A stretch of 14,092 nt of DNA, from positions 1 through 14,092 of the forward strand of contig JANLWX010000104.1 in NCBI GenBank assembly GCA_031364845.1. Direction: 5' to 3'. The notes below the pieces were generated by a model. That model was not told the origin of the DNA and did no database searches. It saw nothing but the letters and a program-made list of their open reading frames with translations. Below are positions 1-8,548 of this stretch, one piece after another. This DNA comes from Candidatus Eiseniibacteriota bacterium (GTDB lineage Bacteria; Eisenbacteria; RBG-16-71-46). How positions within the stretch are numbered: position 1 is the first letter of the stretch; each line of letters opens with the position of its first letter. A program made the position numbers and the translations under genes.

Positions 1-105
1 ACCTCGATTGCCCGACGTACTTCGCACCGGAACCGCGCTCCCGAATCAACTGAGCGCGACTCCGGCGCGGCTTCGTCATCGCCAGTCGATCCATTCCCCC
101 GGACC

Positions 106-113
106 AGGGAGGT
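106..113 (+). promoter_or_regulatory. Shine-Dalgarno sequence of nrdJ
   Basis: AGGGAGGT, 5 nt upstream of the in-frame GTG at 119. Confidence 0.7.
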
Positions 114-118
114 CCTTC

Positions 119-3100
119 GTGACCACCGCCATTGATCACACGAAATTCGGAGCCGCCGCCGCGGCCCCCACCCGCACGGGTGTCCACATTCCACGCCGCT
201 GGACCCGGCCGGGCGTGAATCCGCTCGACGAAGTCCGCTGGGACCGCCGCAAGACGGTGATCTCGAACCCCGACGGCTCGGTCGTCTACCGCATGGACGA
301 CATCGAAGTCCCGTCCGACTGGTCGCAGCTCGCGACCGACATCGTGGTCAGCAAATACTTCCGCAAGGCCGGCCTCAAGGCGGCACCGGGCCACGAAACC
401 AGTGTCCGCCAGGTCGTCCACCGCATCGCGCACACGATCCGCGTGACGGGCGAAGAGCAGGGTGGTTATTTCGCGTCCCGCGAAGACGCCGATGCCTTCG
501 AGTCGGAGTTGAGCTACATGCTGGTGCACCAGATCGGCGCCTTCAATTCGCCGGTGTGGTTCAACTGCGGCCTGTTCCACGAGTACGGAATCGCGGGCTC
601 GGGCGGCAACTTTCACACCGATCTCGAGAGCGGCAAGGTCGAAACCACGACCGATTCGTATTCGCATCCGCAGGTGTCGGCGTGCTTCATCCAGTCGGTC
701 GACGACGATCTCATGTCGATCTTCGACCTCGCGAAGAACGAAGCGCGCGTGTTCAAGTTCGGATCCGGCACCGGAACCAACTTCTCCAAGCTGCGCGGCC
801 GCATGGAGAAGCTCTCGGGCGGCGGAACCTCCTCGGGCCTGATGTCGTTCCTCGAAGTGCTCGACCGCGGCGCCGGTGCGACCAAGTCCGGCGGAACCAC
901 GCGGCGCGCGGCGAAGATGGTCGTGCTCGACATGGACCATCCCGAGATCGAAGAGTTCATCAACTGGAAGGTCCGCGAAGAGAAGAAGGTCGCCGCACTC
1001 GTGGCCGGCGGCTACTCCTCGGACTTCAACGGTGATGCCTACGCGACCGTCTCCGGTCAGAATTCGAACAACTCGCTGCGCGTTCCCGACTCCTTCATGG
1101 AGTCGGTGATGTCCGACGGCACGTGGTCGACCCGCTTCCGCACCACGGGCCAGATCCACGAGACGAAGCCGGCGCGCGACCTGTGGCGCCAGGTCTCGAA
1201 CGCGGCGTGGACTTGCGCGGATCCCGGGCTCCAGTACGACGACACAATCCAGAAGTGGCACACGTGCAAGGGAACCGATCGCATCAATGCGACCAACCCG
1301 TGCTCGGAGTTCGTGTTCCTCGACGACACGGCGTGCAACCTCGCCTCGATCAACCTCATGAAGTTCCTCGGCAACGACGGCGCGTTCGACGTCGAAGGCT
1401 ACTGCCACGCGAACCGCGTGTTCTTCCTCGCGCAGGAAATTCTGGTCAGCTTCGCCTCGTACCCGACCGAGCAGATCGCCAAGCGCTCGCACGACTTCCG
1501 CCCGCTCGGGCTCGGCTACGCCAACCTCGGCACGCTGCTGATGGTGCAGGGGCTGCCCTACGACAGCGAGCCCGCCCGCGCCTACTCGGCGTGCGTCACC
1601 GCGATCATGACCGGCGAGGCCTACGCGCTCTCGGCCGAGATGGCCGCGAGCAAGGGTCCGTTCGCGGGCTTCGCCGAGAACCGCGAGAGCATGCTCCAGG
1701 TCATGAACCTGCACCGCGACGCGACCCGCTCGATCGATCACAAGTACGTTCCGCGCGAGTTGAAGTCGGCGGCGATCGAGTCGTGGGATCGCGCCGTTCA
1801 GCTCGGAACGGTGCACGGCTACCGAAACTCGCAGGCCACCGTGCTCGCGCCGACCGGCACGATCGGGTTGCTGATGGATTGCGACACGACCGGCGTCGAG
1901 CCCGACTTCGCGCTCGTAAAGTTCAAGAAGCTTGCGGGCGGCGGCTACTTCAAGATCGTGAACCAGTCGGTGCCGGCCGCTCTCGGACGGCTCGGATACG
2001 ACGATCCGGAGATCGAACGCATCATCCGCTATGCCGTCGGCACCGGAACGTTCGAGGGCGCGCCGCACATCAACCGCTCCACGCTGATCGAGCGCGGCTT
2101 GAACGACGAGGAAGTGGACCGCATCGAGCAGTCGCTGCCGACCATGCTCGACATCCGCTTCGCGTTCTCGCGCCTGATGCTGACCGATGAAACGCTGACC
2201 CGTCTCGGCGTTTCGCTCGCCGAGCGTGAGAAGCCGACGTTCTCCGCACTCCCGTTCCTCGGGTTCACCGATGTCCAGATCGATGAAGCCAACGCGGTGA
2301 TCTGCGGATCGCAGACCGTCGAAGGCGCGCCCGCCCTGCGCGACGAGCACCTGCCGGTGTTCGACTGCGCGAATCGCTGCGGCAACAAGGGCACGCGCTA
2401 CATCCAGCCGATGGGCCACGTGCGCATGATGGCCGCTGTGCAGCCGTTCATCTCGGGCGCGATCAGCAAGACCGTCAACCTGCCGCAGGACGCGACGGTC
2501 GACGAGGTCGAGAACATCTACATGAAGTCGTGGGAACTCGGGCTCAAGGCCGTGGCGCTCTATCGTGATGGCAGCAAGCTGAGCCAGCCGCTCACCAGCA
2601 CCAAGGCCCGCGACGAAGAGTCGTCGGGTCCGCCCAAGCTGCGCCGCCGCCGTCTGCCGAGCCGCCGCTACGGCGTGACGCAGGAAGCGCGCATCGCGGG
2701 GCACAAGGTGTTCCTGCGCACCGGCGAATACGAGGACGGCACGATCGGCGAGATCTTCATCGACATGCACAAGGAAGGTGCCGCGTTCCGCAGCATCATG
2801 AACTGCTTCGCGATCACGGTATCGATGGGACTCCAGTACGGAGTTCCGCTCGAAGATCTGGTCGACCAGTTCACGTTCACGCGGTTCGAGCCACACGGCC
2901 GCGTCGACGGTCACGAGAACATTCGCCAGGCGACGAGCGTGATCGACTACGTGTTCCGGGTGCTGGGTCTCGAGTACCTGAATCGCACCGACCTCGCGCA
3001 CGTGATGCCGGAAGATGTGCTGACCCCGGACCGCAACCACACGGCCAAGCATCATCCGGTGGGTCGCGAGCACTCGCATACCGATGGCAACGGAAACGGC

Positions 3101-3361
3101 AAGAAGGGGCTCGCGAAACTTCCGGCAGCACCCCCGAAAGCCGTGAATGGAACGGCGGGGGCGACGCCGGCGCTGGTGCCCGGGGATCTCGGTGCGGCGG
3201 CGAACCGGTCGCGGATCGAAACCACCGGCGGCGGCAAGGAATTTCAGCTCGCCAAGTTCTCGGGCGACGCGCCGCTGTGCGATCAGTGCGGCCACATCAC
3301 GATCCGCAACGGCACCTGCTACCGGTGCCTCAATTGCGGAAGCTCGCTGGGCTGTTCGTAG
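119..3361 (+). CDS. nrdJ: Vitamin B12-dependent (class II) ribonucleotide reductase, large type with C-terminal TSCPD-like domain and zinc ribbon
   Basis: RNR motifs [13 protein letters not shown] (thiyl-radical Cys), [30 protein letters not shown] and [12 protein letters not shown]-terminal CDQCG...CLNCG...GCS. Start moved from the ORF-track TTG at 8 to the in-frame GTG at 119, which follows AGGGAGGT (SD, 106-113). Stop TAG 3359-3361. Confidence 0.95.
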   Translation: MTTAIDHTKFGAAAAAPTRTGVHIPRRWTRPGVNPLDEVRWDRRKTVISNPDGSVVYRMDDIEVPSDWSQLATDIVVSKYFRKAGLKAAPGHETSVRQVVHRIAHTIRVTGEEQGGYFASREDADAFESELSYMLVHQIGAFNSPVWFNCGLFHEYGIAGSGGNFHTDLESGKVETTTDSYSHPQVSACFIQSVDDDLMSIFDLAKNEARVFKFGSGTGTNFSKLRGRMEKLSGGGTSSGLMSFLEVLDRGAGATKSGGTTRRAAKMVVLDMDHPEIEEFINWKVREEKKVAALVAGGYSSDFNGDAYATVSGQNSNNSLRVPDSFMESVMSDGTWSTRFRTTGQIHETKPARDLWRQVSNAAWTCADPGLQYDDTIQKWHTCKGTDRINATNPCSEFVFLDDTACNLASINLMKFLGNDGAFDVEGYCHANRVFFLAQEILVSFASYPTEQIAKRSHDFRPLGLGYANLGTLLMVQGLPYDSEPARAYSACVTAIMTGEAYALSAEMAASKGPFAGFAENRESMLQVMNLHRDATRSIDHKYVPRELKSAAIESWDRAVQLGTVHGYRNSQATVLAPTGTIGLLMDCDTTGVEPDFALVKFKKLAGGGYFKIVNQSVPAALGRLGYDDPEIERIIRYAVGTGTFEGAPHINRSTLIERGLNDEEVDRIEQSLPTMLDIRFAFSRLMLTDETLTRLGVSLAEREKPTFSALPFLGFTDVQIDEANAVICGSQTVEGAPALRDEHLPVFDCANRCGNKGTRYIQPMGHVRMMAAVQPFISGAISKTVNLPQDATVDEVENIYMKSWELGLKAVALYRDGSKLSQPLTSTKARDEESSGPPKLRRRRLPSRRYGVTQEARIAGHKVFLRTGEYEDGTIGEIFIDMHKEGAAFRSIMNCFAITVSMGLQYGVPLEDLVDQFTFTRFEPHGRVDGHENIRQATSVIDYVFRVLGLEYLNRTDLAHVMPEDVLTPDRNHTAKHHPVGREHSHTDGNGNGKKGLAKLPAAPPKAVNGTAGATPALVPGDLGAAANRSRIETTGGGKEFQLAKFSGDAPLCDQCGHITIRNGTCYRCLNCGSSLGCS

Positions 3362-3431
3362 GACGGATGTGCCGGACTTATGATCGGGTTTGAAGCCCGA
3401 CAGTTGCCGAGAGCATGCAGAACAGCGTCCC

Positions 3432-3460
3432 GAGGCCGGTCACCGCACGTGACCGGCCTT
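3432..3460 (+). terminator. Strong hairpin downstream of nrdJ (terminator-like or RNA-stabilising; no U-tract)
   Basis: Perfect 11-bp stem AGGCCGGTCAC (3433-3443) / GTGACCGGCCT (3449-3459), 5-nt loop CGCAC, plus a flanking G-U pair, about 70 nt after the nrdJ stop. No poly-T follows. Confidence 0.5.
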
Positions 3461-3602
3461 CGCGCATCCCACGAAACCGGATCCAACCTCGTCGCGTAAC
3501 CGGCAATTGACCCCGCCGGTGTTTCCGTCCTTGCCACCGCGGCGCGGGTGCGGTGGGATGAAGGCCGTGCCAGCCCCCGCGCCAACCCTTGGAAATGCCC
3601 AC

Positions 3603-4382
3603 ATGCGTTCACCTCGACATCTCGATCGCGAAACGGCGCCGCGTCACGGGTCGCCGATCGACATCCCGCCCGGGGCGATCCCGGCGATCGAGACCGAGAT
3701 GTTCCTGCGCGATCACCTGCCGCGGCCCGCGTCGGTGCTCGAAGTCGGTGCCGGCGAAGGCCATCTGACCGCGCGACTGCGCGCGGCCGGGTGGAACGTC
3801 ACCGCGATCGATCGTTCGGCCGAAGCGGTTGCCGCAGCACAGATCGAAGGCATCGAGATCACGTGCGCCGACTTCCTCGAGTACCAGGGCGGCCCGTTCG
3901 ACATCGTGCTGTTCTCGCGGGTGCTGCATCACATCGACCCGCTCGAGCGCGCGGTCGATCACGCGCAGTCGCTGCTGGTCCCGAGCGGCCTCGTGGTCGC
4001 CGAGGAGTTCGCGTGGGAGCGCATGGACACAGCGACCGCCGAGTGGCACGAGCAGCGTATGATCGAATTCCGCGATCGCGGGTGGTCACGCCGCACTCCC
4101 GACGATCTCGGCGAGGCGGACCCGCTCGAACGCTGGATCCGCCATCATCGCGACGTCCATCGCGTCCATGGCGGCGACGATCTCGCGCGGGCACTCGCAC
4201 GGCGCTTCGACGTCGTGCATTCCGAGCGCGCGGCGTATCTCTACCGCATGATGTGTTCCAACCTGCTCGACACCGAACCCGCGGTCGAGGCGGCGCTCGC
4301 GTTGGTCAGCTCGGAAGAGTTCCGGATCCACATTGGCGCGATACAACCGCTGGGATTCCGCCTGGTCGGCCGCTCAGCCTGA
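3603..4382 (+). CDS. Class I SAM-dependent methyltransferase, substrate unknown
   Basis: Motif I VLEVGAGEG, acidic motif II VTAIDRS, then ADF and FDIVLFSRVLHHI...LLVPSGLVV (Methyltransf_11/25-like). Start uncertain: ATG 3603 chosen, ATG 3699 possible, ORF-track TTG 3507 unlikely. Stop TGA 4380-4382. Confidence 0.85.
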   Translation: MRSPRHLDRETAPRHGSPIDIPPGAIPAIETEMFLRDHLPRPASVLEVGAGEGHLTARLRAAGWNVTAIDRSAEAVAAAQIEGIEITCADFLEYQGGPFDIVLFSRVLHHIDPLERAVDHAQSLLVPSGLVVAEEFAWERMDTATAEWHEQRMIEFRDRGWSRRTPDDLGEADPLERWIRHHRDVHRVHGGDDLARALARRFDVVHSERAAYLYRMMCSNLLDTEPAVEAALALVSSEEFRIHIGAIQPLGFRLVGRSA

Positions 4383-4389
4383 AGAAACG

Positions 4390-5409
4390 TCAGTGGATCA
4401 TGATCGGTCCGCCGCCCGATCCGCTGGTCGGGACTTGGGCCGCGGGCTTCCGCCGCGCGCGTGAAGATTTCGGGGGCTCGCTGCGCGCGATGAGGACGTC
4501 GCCGCTCGCGCGGCGCACGACCGACTCCGCGACGCTGCCGAGGATCGCTCGCTGGACTTTGCTGCCGCCGTGCGTACCGAGCACCGCGAGTGCCGACGGG
4601 TGTTTGCGCAGCTCGTCGAGGATCACGTTCGCGGGCGATCCGTGGCGCACGACGAGGCGCACGTCCCGATCCTCGGCCCCGTTCTCGGCGAGCACCTTCT
4701 CGAGCCTGCGTTCCGCGTCGCGCTGCTCGCGCGCGGCAAGATCGCGCACGCGTTCGAGCGAGGCGCCGAGCTGCTTCGCCGCGAGCAGGTGGCTGAGATC
4801 GGTGGCGCGCACGACATCGATACGTGCCCCATCGTCCGCGAGCCGGAGCCCCAGGGCGAACGCCGCGCGGGCGGCGACCGACTCATCGAACGCGACCAGC
4901 AGCCGGCCGTAAGGTTTAGGTCTGGACTCCTGCGCGACCAGTACCGGGACCGGACTGCTCCAGATCACACGCTCGGCGGTCGAGCCCAGCAGGAAGTGCT
5001 TCAGGCCCTGGCGGCCGCTGCGACCGATCACGATCAACTCGCTGCCGCCATCGCGCGCGGCCCGCACGATCTCCTCGAACGGCGCGCCATGGCGGACCTC
5101 GCTCGTCACCGCGACATCGCTTCGCCCCGTGCGCCGGAGCGCGCGCTGCATCGAGCGCACGATCTTCTGCAGTTCCCGCGCGGCGTAGGATTCGAGCACT
5201 CGGTCGAGCCGTGACTTGCGGCGCTCCTGGCTCGGCAGCACGTGGACGACCAGCAGCTGCGCATGCCCGTCGAGCGCCAGGCGCAGCGCGCGCTGAATGC
5301 CGCGCTCGGATCCCGTCGAAAAATCGACCGCGACCAGCACGCGGCCGAGCCCAAGAATTCCGGCCGGGGCCGGTTGCGACTTCACGGCGCGCTTCACTGC
5401 GGCAGGCAT
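4390..5409 (-). CDS. Universal stress protein with two UspA domains
   Basis: Two Usp domains (RVLVAVDFS...IVIGRSGRQGLKHFLLGSTAERVIWSSPVPVLV and RLLVAFDES...AVLGTHGGSKVQRAILGSVAESVVRRASGDVLI). Both carry the G-2x-G-9x-GS ATP-binding signature. Strong SD AGGAGGAG upstream of the ATG. Confidence 0.93.
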   Translation of the reverse strand: MPAAVKRAVKSQPAPAGILGLGRVLVAVDFSTGSERGIQRALRLALDGHAQLLVVHVLPSQERRKSRLDRVLESYAARELQKIVRSMQRALRRTGRSDVAVTSEVRHGAPFEEIVRAARDGGSELIVIGRSGRQGLKHFLLGSTAERVIWSSPVPVLVAQESRPKPYGRLLVAFDESVAARAAFALGLRLADDGARIDVVRATDLSHLLAAKQLGASLERVRDLAAREQRDAERRLEKVLAENGAEDRDVRLVVRHGSPANVILDELRKHPSALAVLGTHGGSKVQRAILGSVAESVVRRASGDVLIARSEPPKSSRARRKPAAQVPTSGSGGGPIMIH

Positions 5410-5496
5410 GACGGGTTCTCCTCCTAGGACCTCGCGAGATTACTCCGGCCCCGGCATGCTTGCGAGCGCCGCATCGGTCGGTCACATTGCGCGCCT

Positions 5497-6639
5497 ATGG
5501 CACGATCCGAGCCCCGCCCGCGCGGCATCGCCGCGATGTTCCGTCCCGAAAACGCACTCCAGTGGCTGCTCGTCTTCATCCCGCTCGCGGCACTCGCCGA
5601 ATTCCTTCATTGGGGCGGGCCCGCGGTGTTCATCTGCGCGGCGCTCGCGATCGTCCCGCTCGCGGGGTTGATGGGCAAAGCCACCGAAGCGCTCGCGTCA
5701 CGGCTCGGTGCCGGCATCGGCGGACTCTTGAACGCCACCTTCGGCAACGCGGCCGAGATGATCATCGCGATCATGGCGCTGCAGCGCGGGCTCTACGACG
5801 TGGTCAAGGCGTCGCTCACCGGCTCGATCATCGGCAACGTGCTGCTGGTGCTCGGCCTGTCGCTGGTGGCGGGCGGCGCGCGCCGCGAGCGCCAGACCTT
5901 CGATCGCGCGGCCGCGGCGGTCGGCTCCACGTTGCTCACGCTCGCGGCGATCGGACTCGTGGTGCCGGCGCTGTTCCACTTCGTGGCCGAGGGCGCGGTC
6001 GGCAGCGGGCGGCTCACGCCCGCGCGCGAGCTGGCGATCGAGCGGGGACTCTCACTCGAGATCTCGATCGTGCTGTTCGTGGTGTATCTCTTGAGCCTGC
6101 TGTTCAGCCTGCGCACGCATCGACATCTGTACGCGGGCCAGCAGCACGCCGAAGCGCACGAGGAACCCGCGCCCGGCCATTCGCCGATGCGCTCGGTCAT
6201 TTTGCTGCTGGCCGCGACCGCCGGCGTCGCGTGGATGAGCGAGATGCTGGTGGGCGCGGTCGAGGAAGCTTCACACCACTTCGGGCTCACCGAAGTGTTC
6301 GTCGGCGTGATCGTGGTCGCGATCATCGGCAACGCCGCCGAGCACTCGACCGCGGTGCTGGTCGCGATGAAGAACCAGATGGACCTCGCGATGAACATCG
6401 CGATCGGTTCGAGCATCCAGATCGCGCTGTTCGTCGCGCCGGTGCTGGTGTTCCTGTCGTACTTCATCGGCCCCACGCCGATGGACCTGCGTTTCACGGT
6501 CTTCGAGGTGATGTCGGTCGCGATCGCGGTCGTGGTCGTGAACCTGGTGGCGCAGGACGGGGAGTCGAACTGGCTCGAGGGAGCGCTGCTGCTCGCGGTT
6601 TATCTGGTGCTCGGGCTCGCGTTCTTCTTTCTTCCGTAG
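5497..6639 (+). CDS. cax: Ca2+/H+ antiporter (CaCA superfamily, CAX type)
   Basis: Two alpha-repeat motifs ([12 protein letters not shown] and [12 protein letters not shown]), [24 protein letters not shown] and [13 protein letters not shown]. About 11 hydrophobic segments with a His/acidic central loop. Confidence 0.93.
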   Translation: MARSEPRPRGIAAMFRPENALQWLLVFIPLAALAEFLHWGGPAVFICAALAIVPLAGLMGKATEALASRLGAGIGGLLNATFGNAAEMIIAIMALQRGLYDVVKASLTGSIIGNVLLVLGLSLVAGGARRERQTFDRAAAAVGSTLLTLAAIGLVVPALFHFVAEGAVGSGRLTPARELAIERGLSLEISIVLFVVYLLSLLFSLRTHRHLYAGQQHAEAHEEPAPGHSPMRSVILLLAATAGVAWMSEMLVGAVEEASHHFGLTEVFVGVIVVAIIGNAAEHSTAVLVAMKNQMDLAMNIAIGSSIQIALFVAPVLVFLSYFIGPTPMDLRFTVFEVMSVAIAVVVVNLVAQDGESNWLEGALLLAVYLVLGLAFFFLP

Positions 6640-7931
6640 GGCAGATCAAGACCCACGAGCCACACTGCTGAAATCAGCGCGAGCGTTCCTCCGAACACGA
6701 ATGGCGCCGGTGAACCGAAGCGTTGCCACAGCGCGCCCGCGATCAGGCTCGCGGGCAGGGCGACCACGCCCATCGATGCGTTGAGCAATCCAAAGGCGCT
6801 GCCGCGGCGCGCGGCGGGCACGAGGTCCGCGACCATCGCGGTCGATGCGCCCTGGAACGCACCGTAGTAGAGACCGTAGGCGGCATAGAGTGCGACCGCG
6901 TGCCACGCGTGCGCGGCGAACGCGAAGCCGAAGTAGACCACGGCGTAGATCAACCAGCCCGCGATCATCAGGCGCTTGCGGCCGAAGCGATCCGACAGAG
7001 CGCCGCCCGCGGTCGAGGTCGCGGCGATCACCGCGCTGAACAGTGCGGCGACCAGGAACACCGCGAACGTCGAGAGTCCGAGTTGCTGCGCGCGCAGCAT
7101 GAGGAACGCATCGCTCGAATTGCCGAGCGAGAAGCACGCGAGGATCACAAGGTAGTGCCAGAAGCGCTTGTCGAAGCCCGCCGCGTTCGGCCTGGCATCC
7201 GCTGACGGTTCGATGTTCGCCGGCGCGGAGGCGGCATCCGACGAAGGTGAATCGGCCTGCGCGGCATCGGCTCCGGAATCGACGGCCGGGCCGGAGCGGG
7301 GCTCGTGCACGTACCGCCACAAGACCCACACCGACCCCACACCCGGCAACACCGCGAGCAGCACGAGCGACTGATACCCGTGGCGCGTGAGCGCCGCCGC
7401 CCCCTGCTGCACGCCGTACAGCACGCCCGCGGCGAGCAGCAGCCCGATCACCGAGCCCGCCTTGTCCATCGCCTTGTTGAACCCGAACGCGCGCCCGCGA
7501 TCGGCCTCCGGCACCAGATCCGCGATCAGCGCGTCGCGCGGCGGCGTGCGCACGCCCTTGCCCGCGCGGTCCAGGAAACGCACGACCAGCACGGCGCCCC
7601 ACCCGTTCGCGAAATAGAGCAGCGGCTTCGAGAATCCCGACAGTGCGTAGCCCGCGAGCGCGAGCGGCTTGCGGCGTCCCGTGCGGTCGGTGAGGTGGCC
7701 CGAAACGAGCTTGAGCAACGTGGCCGTGCTCTCGCCGATGCCCTCGATCAGCCCGATGGTCGCGGGCTTCACGCCCAGCACGTTCGAAAGGAACAGCGGC
7801 AGGGTGCGCACCGTGACTTCGCTGCTGATGTCGTTGAGCAGCGACACCACGCCTAGCGCGCGCACGGACGGATCGAGCGGCTTAGGCGGCGTGCCGCGGG
7901 TGGGCGGGATCGGCGTCTGCATGAGCATCAT
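6600..7931 (-). CDS. Major facilitator superfamily transporter
   Basis: MFS motif A in both halves ([11 protein letters not shown] and [11 protein letters not shown]), plus [21 protein letters not shown] and [12 protein letters not shown]. About 12 TM segments. Start at ATG 7931 (alternatives 7928, 7922); the ORF-track start at 8039 overlaps the divergent CDO gene. Stop TAA 6600-6602 lies inside cax. Confidence 0.9.
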   Translation of the reverse strand: MMLMQTPIPPTRGTPPKPLDPSVRALGVVSLLNDISSEVTVRTLPLFLSNVLGVKPATIGLIEGIGESTATLLKLVSGHLTDRTGRRKPLALAGYALSGFSKPLLYFANGWGAVLVVRFLDRAGKGVRTPPRDALIADLVPEADRGRAFGFNKAMDKAGSVIGLLLAAGVLYGVQQGAAALTRHGYQSLVLLAVLPGVGSVWVLWRYVHEPRSGPAVDSGADAAQADSPSSDAASAPANIEPSADARPNAAGFDKRFWHYLVILACFSLGNSSDAFLMLRAQQLGLSTFAVFLVAALFSAVIAATSTAGGALSDRFGRKRLMIAGWLIYAVVYFGFAFAAHAWHAVALYAAYGLYYGAFQGASTAMVADLVPAARRGSAFGLLNASMGVVALPASLIAGALWQRFGSPAPFVFGGTLALISAVWLVGLDLPYGRKKNASPSTR

Positions 7932-7936
7932 GGGTC

Positions 7937-7946
7937 TGATACCATA
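7937..7946. promoter_or_regulatory. Putative bidirectional sigma70-type -10 element between MFS and CDO
   Basis: Plus strand TGn-TACCAT (extended -10, 7937-7945). Minus strand TATGGT (7946-7941). It sits in the only 38-bp gap between the divergent starts. Confidence 0.45.
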
Positions 7947-7969
7947 CCGACCACACGGAGGGCACGACC

Positions 7970-8548
7970 ATGGCAACCACCGCCGATTCATCGAAAGTGA
8001 ACGAGATGCTCCGCCGCATCGACGAAGCCGTCGGAGCACCCGACGATGCCGGCCGATGTCGCAACGTCAAGCAGGTCCTGATCGACATCGTGAGCAGCGG
8101 CGAACAGTTCATCCCGGCTTCGTTCCTCACCCCCGCGGGCGACCGCTACGCGCGGCGGCTGCTGCATCGTGATCCCCAGAACCGCTACACCGTGCTCGTC
8201 ATGGTGTGGGACAAAGGGCAGGGCACTCCGCTCCATGACCATGCCGGCACGTGGTGTGTCGAGTGCGTGTATCGCGGCGTGATCCAGGTGACGTCGTACT
8301 CGGTGCGCGGCGGTGATCCCGAGACCGACACGGTCCGCTTCGAGCAGGAAGCACAGATTCGCGCCGGCGTCGGCGAAGCGGGTGCTTTGATCCCGCCCTT
8401 CGAATATCACGTGCTCGGCAACCCGGCCGACCAGCCGGCGATCACGATCCACGTGTACGGCGGCGAGATGACGTTCTGCCACATCTTCGAGCCGGTCGGC
8501 GAGGGCGGATACCGCCGCAAGTACCGCGAGCTCAGCTACACGCCTTGA
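7970..8548 (+). CDS. Cysteine dioxygenase type I family (thiol dioxygenase cupin), Arg-type
   Basis: Y-A-R substrate motif (Y60/R62), W-x4-GTPLHDH 3-His iron site (H89, H91, H147 in EYHVL) and T-I-H-V-Y outer-sphere triad (T159/H161/Y163). SD GGAGG at 7957-7961. Confidence 0.88.
   Translation: MATTADSSKVNEMLRRIDEAVGAPDDAGRCRNVKQVLIDIVSSGEQFIPASFLTPAGDRYARRLLHRDPQNRYTVLVMVWDKGQGTPLHDHAGTWCVECVYRGVIQVTSYSVRGGDPETDTVRFEQEAQIRAGVGEAGALIPPFEYHVLGNPADQPAITIHVYGGEMTFCHIFEPVGEGGYRRKYRELSYTP

Noticed and set aside
8..118. N-terminal extension of NrdJ from TTG at 8
   Set aside because: The strong SD points to GTG 119, and the extension has no RNR or ATP-cone character.
556..2190. Alternative-frame ORFs within nrdJ (159 aa, 355 aa and others)
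   Set aside because: Arg-rich off-frame shadows fully inside a well-supported gene, with no RBS or domain signal.
119..3361. Intein or group I/II intron in nrdJ (a common insertion target)
   Set aside because: Catalytic motifs are contiguous, there are no C/S...HN splice junctions or LAGLIDADG motifs, and the length fits an uninterrupted large NrdJ.
3480..3600. Resemblance to the 3' half of a cobalamin riboswitch (GCCACCG...GGGATGAAGGC...GCCAG) near a B12-dependent gene
   Set aside because: The conserved 5' core (AGGGAA..GGTG..A.TCC, GC.ACTGT) and a proper B12 box are absent, and it lies downstream of nrdJ.
3548..4912. 454-aa + ORF spanning the methyltransferase and usp
   Set aside because: Low-complexity Arg/Ser/Ala translation overlapping two genes with clear family motifs.
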